64,000 bases of DNA from Macrostomum hystrix (lineage: Eukaryota > Animalia > Platyhelminthes), in assembly GCA_950097015.1 (NCBI GenBank), contig CATNEN010000002.1:1364001-1428000 (forward strand), written 5' to 3'. A model generated the notes under the pieces. That model saw only the letters and a program-made list of their open reading frames with translations. It did no database searches and was not told the origin of the DNA. Positions 11,662 to 21,800 of this stretch are shown here, in pieces; positions within the stretch are counted from its first letter, which is position 1; each line of letters begins with the position of its first letter. The translations under genes and the position numbers were made by a program.

Positions 11662-13284
11662 GCAACATAACTTTACTAGCCAGTTTAGGTCTTCTGCTAG
11701 CAACCGAAAACCAAACGCTGTTTTTTAATTGATTTCAATAAAGTTCAGTTAAGTTTATAAAGTATAAAAAAATTAACATGCAACATACATTGAGATTCCA
11801 TAATAATGATAATCTTAGCCCAGTTCTTAATTACTCTTTCTAATTGCCCACGACACAAAAGCTTAATTAAGTTAAACCAGCGAGTTGCTTCTGATATGCT
11901 GACAAACCAAAGTGTTTAACCTTCACGGAAGAACTGCACAAGAACCACTAGATAGTATGCGCTCTTACTCTTACTTAATATCCCTAACCAGAATTAGTGT
12001 AATGAAATAATTAGTCTATTTTAAATTGTTAGTAAAATCAAAATATTTCTTGTGTACTGTTATTACAACTAAATTTATGCTAATCATCTTCTCATATAAC
12101 CGGTATTTTCATACAGATGTTTGTATTAATTATGTATTTAGTATTTGTTTAATCTACGCTTGACAAGTTAAATAAAAAGTGACACCAGTTGCAACCGGTT
12201 TTCTGACACACGCGCGCGCATCGGAACTAGCCACTAAGTTTAGATAACTAGAATATTCGAACATTAGATTATAATTAATATAACCACCTTTAACTAATCT
12301 TGCTCTATATTGTAAGCGCGTGCGTCAGCAAAGCGGCGTAATTTATATAACAGAGAAGTAGGCCCTATCACTAATTATATTACATTAAGCTGCAGCCCTT
12401 CAAAACAACTTACAATTCATTTCAAATGGCGACCACTGACCAATAATTTCATTACATTAGCCGGATTCAAATTACGATAACTTAATTTGAGAACACACTA
12501 AAACAAACTCCGTCACAATCAGATAACAGTGTCTAATTAATTGTTAGACAATGCCGTCTTAATTGTGCTGCGAACAAATATTTTATGCAATTTAAAAGTG
12601 ACCTGTATTCTTTTTATTAACAAATATTTTTTACGAGTCACGACAGACATAAGCTTTTTAAAGCTGTGAATCAAACTAAGCCTAATACAGTTCATATTAT
12701 ATGCTATTACATGTAGCTATGCTGGATCATAGCATTGTCCTGCTCTTTGTCTATTCTAACTATCGATAAAAAAGCATGTTTTAATGATTATGATTATGAC
12801 ACTGGTATTTCTTTCATTTCACGTTTTAAAACTTACAAATTACTTCGAGTATATAATTAATTGGACACTATTATTTTAAAGTGACGTAGTTTAATTTAGT
12901 GTGTACTCAATTCAAGTTATGGTATTTTGATTGCGCAATCATTTAATTCGGTTAATTCTGGTTAGAGAAGACGGGGCACTTTCTGTTGGTCCTTGTGCGA
13001 TCATTCTGTAAAGGTTATTAATTGTTGGGACATCGGAACATGCAACTCGTTGGTTGAAATTTGTTAATTACTTTTGTGTCGTGGGCAATTAAAACGATAC
13101 TTATAAAGAACTAGGCTACGATTAATTAACATGATTTTTGATTTTGCACAATAATCGATCGGTGATTATTAATTAAATATTTTTTAACTTAATCAACTAG
13201 GAAATTACTTAACAATAAATGAGAAATCAGCGTTTGTTTCTCGGTTTCTAGCAGAAGACCCAAGCTGGCCAGTTAAATTATATC
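11662..13284. mobile_element. Foldback/MITE-like element with long degenerate inverted arms
   Basis: 11668-11888 is the reverse complement of 13042-13279 (for example GGTCTTCTGCTAG / CTAGCAGAAGACC and AATTGCCCACGACACAAAAG / CTTTTGTGTCGTGGGCAATT). An inner match TAACCAGAATTA / TAATTCTGGTTA extends the arms. Confidence 0.65.
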
Positions 13285-13478
13285 GCTATTAAGAAATTAA
13301 ATTAAGAAATTGATGGACAAAATCAAATATACGTTACTTCGTAACATCATTTCATAAAATCTATTTTAATTACTGGAATCATGCGACGTATCACGAGGAC
13401 ACAAAATTTCAAATTACATTTTAAACATCAGAGTTATAACATCCCTACCTTCCGTGCATGCAATTAGAACACTGGATG

Positions 13479-13553
13479 AACGGCTGCAGTGCAGCAATGA
13501 AAACACTGGGTAAACGGCTGCCGCGCACGTAGCAACAACATATGAACGGCTGC
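13479..13553. promoter_or_regulatory. Three copies of AACGGCTGC in a CpG-rich patch (possible promoter motif cluster)
   Basis: Exact copies at 13479, 13513 and 13545 in an otherwise AT-rich spacer; function is inferred only. Confidence 0.3.
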
Positions 13554-16500
13554 CGTGCACGCACGCGAGTTCGAAAGCACGAAAATACTTTTTGACGAAA
13601 AGACCTGGAATCCCAGAATGAGTATTAAAAGTATTAATAAAAAGTTATCAAATGACCTGCACTCTTTTATGTCAATCTGTAATCTATACTGCAATCCGCA
13701 CACTGTAGTTTCCATTTCTTTCTCGTTCACGTTCCCGCCGCTGCCACGACGTTTGTTTATTTCGTGCAAATCAGATTTAGAACTTTGAGTAAAAACAATA
13801 TTTAGTGCGTATTTTTGTTTATGTTTCTTAAAAGCACATTTTTATGTTTAGTTGGATAAAAACTAATAGTTAAAAAGTAAAAATATATTTCTTTAAATTA
13901 CAATTTTTTGTCCAGTTATTTTTGTCTTTATTCAAACTCTTACAACTTGGTGTAGGGACGTCCCTCGAGCACCGTGGTTTTAGCATCCGTTAACGCTAAC
14001 TAATTTTCGCCTCAATGACCAATTTTTGAGATGTTCGTGCGTTGTGTCAGCTTCGTGGTTAATTGCTACGTGGTATCTCATAGAATTATTTCTAGTTTCT
14101 AGTTTCTTTCCAAAAGAAAAGTCAAAGTTCAATACTTTTTGCTTATACGAGCTTATTGTGCCGTTTTGGAGTAATGTGTTTTTTATAATTGTTTTTTAGT
14201 CCTTGACTCCGCTTCATAGCTCCCTAGCCAGGCTAGCCTGACTTGCTTAGTTGTGTATTAATATTATTATTTTCTTTTATTATATTTTTGTACTGTTTTG
14301 CATTGAAAACATCAGGACCAGATGGCAAATACTTTTCTGAATTCGTAATAAAAAACTTCTTTTATCCCTATTAAAAAAATTCCTTTAATTTTTCTCTACT
14401 CCATACTAGAATAGAATTTAAAATTAGATAGGCTTTGTGTTAAGTAGTAGACCTAAGTGTATAAAAAAGTTGTGCATATTGTTTAAAAGAAATAAGTAAG
14501 TATGAGTAAGTGGCCTAGTTAAAAGTAAAAACATTGACTAGACTATGTTGTTGGATGAGAATATTAATAATATAAATTATATATCAGATTATATTATTTT
14601 TCATGTTTCATTTTTTAGCTGTCTTCATGAATTATTATGTGAGAATATTGAGTCCTGATTCTTTTTCCCTTGCTATTGTAACAGGGCTTCTCACTCTACT
14701 TTTCTCTCTCTTGGTAGCATATCTCTTGGCACAAGTGGCTTATCTTTCTAAGGCACTGGTCTCTTGTTCTCCAGTCTTTGCTGGGCGTTTTCTGTGGATC
14801 AGAGGGTCACAGCCTTGAATAACCAACACTTGAACACCTTCTTACTCAGTTATTGCCTATTTGCTTTTTGCCACACTGGCACGTTGCTTTGTCTCACAAG
14901 AATTGCACTCATTTATGTACACAAAAAGGTTTGTTTAAATGAATGAATTTGACAGAATATTTATAATACTTTACATATAAAAATATTTAGCACATTTAAA
15001 CTAAGAGCATAGGTACAAATTTGACTTTAAAAATGATTAAAAGCATCCTACTGTACTATGTGCTATGTATGACTCCATGAGTATATTGTGACGATATACG
15101 TGTAAATTGTAAAGCTTACTGTTTAAGTAGATAAGGTTTTTGCCAACTGTTATCTTATGTATTTCTTTTTTTATATTAATTCCTTGTTATATTATTCTAT
15201 TCATAATTATTATTGTACATAATATAATCTTTTATTTATAGGCCTATTATTATTTATTCTTATATTTTTTCCGGTATTACTATAACTATTGTATTTAAAT
15301 AGCATTCAAATATGTATTTTCTATCGGACCTAGGCCTCGTGGTACCTATATTAGTCTTCTTTGTCACAATATTATACTCTAATTATAGGTATCGTGATTT
15401 TAAATAGTCTCCATCATGCAGTTTTTGTTGGAAATTTCTAGCCTAAAATTTAGATACCAAAATGATTTTGGCATCCTTGGTGTAAAATGTCAAAGCAGAA
15501 AAAGTGCATATTTTTGGCATAAAATTTAAGATGGTTGTTATTTGTCTGGTTAATTAGATAACTTACAATTTTGTATATTCATCCATTTATCCAGATAAAT
15601 AGCTGTATTTTTAGTCATATTAAAAAGGCAGAAAATGTACGAGTATATCAATAATACATGGATTACCATAGAATTTTTTTATTGATTTTCTTTGGACTAT
15701 CATGTTATTGTATCCAGAAAAAAAGTCTAATCATTTTTATTAAAAGTACTTTTTTGCATCAAACTGCACTTCAATCTCAAGAACAACTAGAAATATAAAG
15801 ATGCACTACTTGCTTTGTTAAAAAAACTTTAATGACATATTTTTGCAAAAAATATATATACTACAGACTTACTAAGTACAAAATTGTACTATGATAAAAC
15901 TAGTGACAGCATGTTTTTATTGAAGGCTTGTCAAACTCTTTATAAAAAAGTGTCCACTTTTGCTTCTTTGGATTTCAAAAACATTTTTTCAAATGCCAAA
16001 AATCATTTTAGAATTTTAAAAAGCAATTTAAACAAAATGCCATAATTTTTTCTTGACTCAATATATCCAAAAGTAGAAAAAATGCTTCTGTTCAATAGAA
16101 ATGGCATATACATGTAAATGAATAATGAAATGAATAATAATGAATTTAGGGAATTAAATTACACTTGCCAACTGTTAAGCTACTAGATATTATCCACCAG
16201 AATGTGGCAGTTTTTTGCTGATTTTTTTTTGATTCAATTGTCTAGAAAGTATACTTTTCAACAAATAAGTCAAATTACTTTCATCACAATTTTATAGTTC
16301 TTATCAAATATTTTTAATTCTAGTGGTTCTTATGATTGATGCGTGAAAGGCAATGAGATTCAATTATTTCTGATGAAAAAATGAATTGAAATTTACATAT
16401 TCAAAATGCTTGGTATATTTTTAAGTAACTAACAACTAACAAGTAAGTAACTAATTTTCAAGTAAATAACAGCAAAAAATAAATTTAGTAATCTATACAT

Positions 16501-16732
16501 TACTGATATTTGTACGTCTGCTCTTTTAACCAGACAAGTAAAAAGAAAGCAAATTGTCCTGTTAACCAGACAAATAAAAAGTGCCTAAATTTTGTCACAA
16601 AAATTTTGATAGAGAAAGAATTGTAAGCACATCTTTGGTTTTAACTTGTGCAATATTCTTGCACACTTGAATAAATTCATGAACTTTCAGTAACTTTTTG
16701 TTGTTTCTAATCAACTTTCTTACATATATATT

Positions 16733-17591
16733 TGTTGTACCGGTCGTCCTGCTAACAATGAGGATCCGGCGGACTCCAATATGAAGTCCAAGAATATCAG
16801 GTAGTGTAGTAGTAGCGCTGCCACCAGGGCGTCAGGACTTCTGCCTTCGGTGAGGTGAAGGATCCTTGGCCCGAAAGAAACGAAGTCACAAAGTCTCGAG
16901 AAGCACACAGTGCAGAGTTCCAGTTGCAATTACAGGCTGTCAGTGTCCTGCGTAGCTCGGATGGTGGGGTGGAAGGCTAAGTTAGTTTCAGGGCTTAGCC
17001 AGAACAGAGCTTACGAGCAGTCACATGCAGAGACTGAAGTAGGAAACTTAGACACTGATGGCACAGAGAACAAGTTAAGAACGACGGTTATCAAGAGAAG
17101 GTTTAAACAAGGGATGCACAAGGGATAGAGAACCAGAGGAGCGGGGCCTTTCTTTTATAGGCAGGGGCCTCCCATAGGGTCAGTGCTACGTTAGAAAGCA
17201 CGTGATGGGCTCACGTGGTTTCTAAAAATAGCAACTGACGTCAGTGGCGCCAAAACGTCACTCCTACGTAGGCTCCTGTCCCATAATCAAAGCCCCAAGT
17301 GCAGTAAACATGTTTACGTGCACTTTAGGAGACAAAGAGAGAGGCCAGTCACATGAGGAGAATCATGCGCTGACTGAGTGCAGACAAACGCGCACACAAA
17401 GAAAGGGACTGGCCAGCGCGAGACAAAGAGGTGATGACTCATCCCTGGGGGAGAGACAACACACTCTAAGTGCAAGCGCTGCCGTGGGAAAGGGAGGACA
17501 AAGAGGGCAGACCGGACAGCGCCAGAGAGGGCGGGCCGGACAGCCACTCAGTGCCGGGAAAAGGGAGCCACCTAAGCTACGGCTCACTACA
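16733..17591 (-). repeat. 3' LTR (859 bp)
   Basis: Direct repeat of 25231-26089 at offset 8498. One difference was seen by eye (17015 G vs 25513 A). Confidence 0.97.
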
Positions 17592-17599
17592 CTCTCCCT
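17592..17599 (-). promoter_or_regulatory. Polypurine tract
   Basis: AGGGAGAG directly abuts the TGTAG start of the 3' LTR on the minus strand. Confidence 0.75.
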
Positions 17600-17959
17600 G
17601 TCCAAATAAATAGTCGGAGAGACAACGGAGAAAATTTATTGAACAAAATGGGAAAATGTATTGAACAAAAAGATGTAATTTAGGCGCACAATCGAAAACT
17701 TAAAAATAGGGCAGACTGCCCAGCAAAATGCTTACTGAAAATTTAGGGTCATGAACAGAAAAGATTTTGGGTCAGCAGAGCAAAGAAACTGTCACAAAAC
17801 GGGGTCAAAATAGGGTTATGTCATAGCGAGGAGCACGAGAGTCATGGCATAAAAGCACAAAATAGGCGTCCTAGCACGCATAGCGTCACACTGCGCATTA
17901 AAAGTAGGGGCAGAGCTCCCAGATGACTATAGAGATGCCCCCTTTTTCACAATAGTCCT

Positions 17960-18853
17960 CTAGTGCCAGAGGGTGGATTCAATGCCATTTAAAAAATAAT
18001 GGGCGTCCGGCACTCTCGGGCGACTAGCTACAGCCTTAGCGAAGGCTTCAGAGGCTGCCCAGGTGGCGACGGGGTGACGAGCGGGCCGCAAATAAGGGCA
18101 AGCTAGGACTAAGGCGGCGTCCAGAATGGCCTGGTGTTCGCTTACATGCAACACCTGGATGGCCCGGAGAAGCGGCCAGCTGTGGTAGTCGATGTCCACA
18201 TTGAATCAGGCCGCGTCCGTTATTAGTCTCGCGAGCTCTTGTGTGGCAGTGTCCCGCAGCTCAGCCGTGCCGTCGCCCGCCTCCGTTATTGTGCTCGCGT
18301 CCACTTGCCTGGGCGACGCCGTTGGCAATAACATGCCCGGCGCAGGCGAAGGTGGTGTGCACGGTGGCGTAACCGGCTCCAGTTTGATCTGTGGGCTAGC
18401 AGAAAGGAGGAGCTGTGCCGGGGGCCAGTCGTCTCGATTCAATGGCGTCAAGGGTTGACGCGCCATTGTTGGTGTCTCGGCCGCTGCTCTCTGGGTCATC
18501 CGGATCCTGCGGATTCCTTGCAGGATTGGGTCGACAGTCTCCACCGGCAGCGTAGGCCGGGAGGTAGCGCTGGTCAGCTGTCGGTTGGGCATGCGGCTCG
18601 GTGGGTGTCGGCCTGGGTCCGGCACATTCTCTCGAGCAGCGCGACTCGCCGCCGGATGGCCAATCCGAAGGTGGACGGGGACGCTCGGCGCGTCACGAGG
18701 GCCGCCAAAGGGCTCAAATTGCCCTGCTGCCGCGCCAATGGCTCGCACCCTAACTGGTGGTGCCTCCGGGCGAGTCGGCCGGCGCCTCCTTGTGGGTCTA
18801 TCCTCATCCGAGGAGTCAGAGCGCGGTTCATGTTGCCGCTTGGCTGGGAACAT
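17960..18853 (-). CDS. Putative accessory ORF of the Gypsy element (215 aa from ATG 18853 to TGA 18206, then ~81 further in-frame codons to 17960)
   Basis: MFPAKRQHEPRSDSSDEDRPTRRRR begins after the typical end of integrase. It is preceded by the acceptor tttgtcatcttttaccccgttgcag and is also in frame with pol. Confidence 0.5.
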
Positions 18854-21800
18854 GGCTGGGCTGCAACGGGGTAAAAGATGACAAACTCTGCGGGCTACGC
18901 CGCTAACATAGGTTTTCGCCCTAGGATCTAAAACTAGCCGATCAGGCTGCCTACGATCCCTAATGGGCCTATGAAAACCCAGAGGTTCAAGTTCGTCAGG
19001 AGCAATTGGCAAAGAAACATCCCCTTTCTGAGCACCAAGAGAGGGAGGCTCAGGAGGTGGAAGAGAAACAGAGGGAGAAAGAGCAGGGACAGACACACTC
19101 ATTTCAGACAGAGAAACCTGGTGATCACCATACGGCAGTGGATCACACCGAGGACTACTCGCCTGATTAGTCGATGCTGTCGTAGGGCCTTCTCCGGGCG
19201 GGATCTCCATGGTCGATGGTTGTCGGAAGTACCACCGCCGGAGGGGTCGCTCATCTTCCTCGTCGTCGGAGTCATCCGGGCCTTCACAGACAGTCGGCAG
19301 GGTCGCGGGTCCTGGGCCGTCTGCTGAGCCTCGGCGTCGTTGTCGCGGTCTAGCGTCGAGTTCCGGATCTGAGAGAGCGTAGTCGGCGCTTGGGACCAAC
19401 AGCAGGTTTCGTCTATGAACAACCTGCTCATCGCGTCGGGCCGGGTTGGGTAATTTACGTTTGATCTTGTAAACTACCTCACCCTTTTGCTCAACGACTT
19501 CGTACAAGGCTTTCCGAGGCCGGTGAAATTTAGCCGCCTCGTCAGGTTGTAGCGTCGGATTGTTGATGAAAACTAGATCGCCAGGCTTGAGCGTCTTCGC
19601 TGCTGGTAGGCTTGAGTAGTGCTCGTCTCGTAGCTGTTGATGTAGGGCCAGTCGGTTCTTGGCTAGCTCGGTCGCTTCGTCGAGTCGATGTTGGAAGTCT
19701 TTCACATACTCAGGCAGGTTGGCGTACTCTGGCAGCTTCTTCAGACTGTTGTCAATCGGTAGACGGAACTCTCGGCCGTAGACTAAGAAGTGCGGCGTAT
19801 AGCCCGTCACCGGATGCACAGCAGAGCGTAGCGCCATCAGACAGGCTGGGAGAAAGGTGTCCCAGTCGCGGTGGTCTCGCTCTAGGAGGCAAGTCAGCAC
19901 ACTCTTCAGCTGTTTGTTGAGGTTCTCGACTTGTCCATTGGAAGCTGGGTTGTACGGCGTGGTGGTAGTGTGCCGGATTCCGTACAAGTCACAGAACTTC
20001 TTGAAGGCGGATCCGGTAAAGTTGGTCCCTTGGTCCGTGTGGATCCAACAGGGAACTCCGTACTCAGCGATGAGGCGCTCTTGTAGTAGTTTTATTACTG
20101 TTTTGGCTTTCTGGTTTCTCATCGGAAAGGCGAATGGATACTTGGAAGTAGCGTCACAGAGCGTCAGGATGTAGCGGTGACCGCCTTTGCTTGGCTGAGC
20201 GATCGGGCCGACTACATCACAATGGATTCGTCCAAAGACTTCACAGACTGGGAAGCTTTGGACCGGTACTCGCTCCTTTCTTCGTGACTTACTCTCCAAA
20301 CAGGTGCGACACTTGCTGATGAAGGTCTCGGTGGCTCGAGTCAGGCCTGGCCGCCAGAACCGTTCACGCAGTCGCGCTATTGTCTTTGTCTGTCCAAGGT
20401 GTCCACACAGTGGCGAACTGTGGAGCTCCTGGAGCACCTGAACGTCGAGAGCTTCGGGCAGGACGATCCTTGATGACTGTCGGTCGTTATCCGGGTTGAT
20501 CACCAGTAGGCCGTCTTCTACACGGAGACTCTCGTAGTAGCCAAGTAGGTTTCGTTGATCTCGAGTCAGGCGCAACCGGTCGTCGAACTTCGGCTTCGGG
20601 GCTTTGTTCTCGACAAGGTTGAGCACAAAATTAATGGCCGGATCGGCCCGCTGGGCTGCGATGAGTTGCTCACGGGTCACCGGTGGTTTCAGAAAATCAG
20701 TCAGAACGACACGGCAAGGCTGGGACTTCAGGTTGTCCACACCTGTCGTAGTCTCAACAGTTAACTGCACAGTCGGCGGCGATGACTGATTGACAGCGTC
20801 CAGTTGCTCAGAGGAACCTTGGCTGCAAGCTTCAGCATACGAACGTCGAACAGGCGATGAAGTTCTTGAAGTTGCTCTCGAATTAATAAAATCCGCAGAT
20901 GGGGCAGTGCACACGCCTCTACTGCAACGCCAAGGCGACTCTTGATGACCAGCTGCAAAGCACCTCGGTGGGTCTCCACTCGCTTGAGTAATCGTAGTCG
21001 TCGGCCAATTCAAGGACGTAGTACACGGTTGTTTGGCGATGGGCAGCGTCTTAGTGGGGGAAGTAGACTTGCTGACCAGGCCGGAAGCAGCTGTCTGTCG
21101 GCTCCGGGGATCGAGCGGCGACCATGCAGCTGTCGCGAGATGCTGGCCTCTATACCAAGGGCATGACATCTCCGCGAAGGATCGATTGGTAGACATAAGC
21201 TTACATTGTTGTCCGAACATAGCAGTTTGGCTTCGGTCCGGGAGGGCTGCAGAAGCGGTGGCCTCCGGGTCTTCGTCCAGGTGCTTCGTCGGACTGATAG
21301 GCTTGACATGTTGAGCAGTCGGCTGAAGGGCTGCGGGAGCGGTGGCCTTCAGGTTCGTGTTCAGGTCAGCCTTGCGTACATTAGTGAGGTGGGCGCTGCG
21401 CGGGAGGGCTGCTGTCGCGGTGGCCTCCAGGTTGTCGTCCAACTCTGGGTTGAGGCGTCGGATGGCGCGGTGGATGTCGGGCTGGAGGGCTGCTGATGCG
21501 GTGGCCTCCGGATCTTCATCCAGGTCCGTTGATGCCTCGGAGTAGCGAGCTAGGTCCTTGAGCGGGAGGGCTGCTGTTGCGGTGGCCTCCGGCTCTGGGG
21601 CCCTTTCAGTCTCTGTTTGAGGTTGGTGGCCTAGGCGTCGATTACACAAGTCGGCGGCTGGGCCTTGCAGTAGGTCTGGATGGTCGTTCAACTGTCCGAA
21701 CTCGAAGTCGACTGGCGGGGTGTCCGGGCGTCGAGACAGGGCGTCGGCGTTGCAATGGTCCAAACCTTTGCGGTGAGAGATCTGAAATTGGAACTCGCTA

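Noticed and set aside
15455-16010. Weak inverted match AAAATGATTTTGGCAT / ATGCCAAAAATCATTTT
   Set aside because: Short and in very AT-rich DNA; could not be extended convincingly by eye.
16720-17609. Short ORFs inside the LTRs (and 25408-26122)
   Set aside because: They lie in GC-rich regulatory sequence, overlap in several frames and have no recognisable motif.
17960-18853. env gene
   Set aside because: No signal peptide, furin site followed by a fusion peptide, or transmembrane helix.
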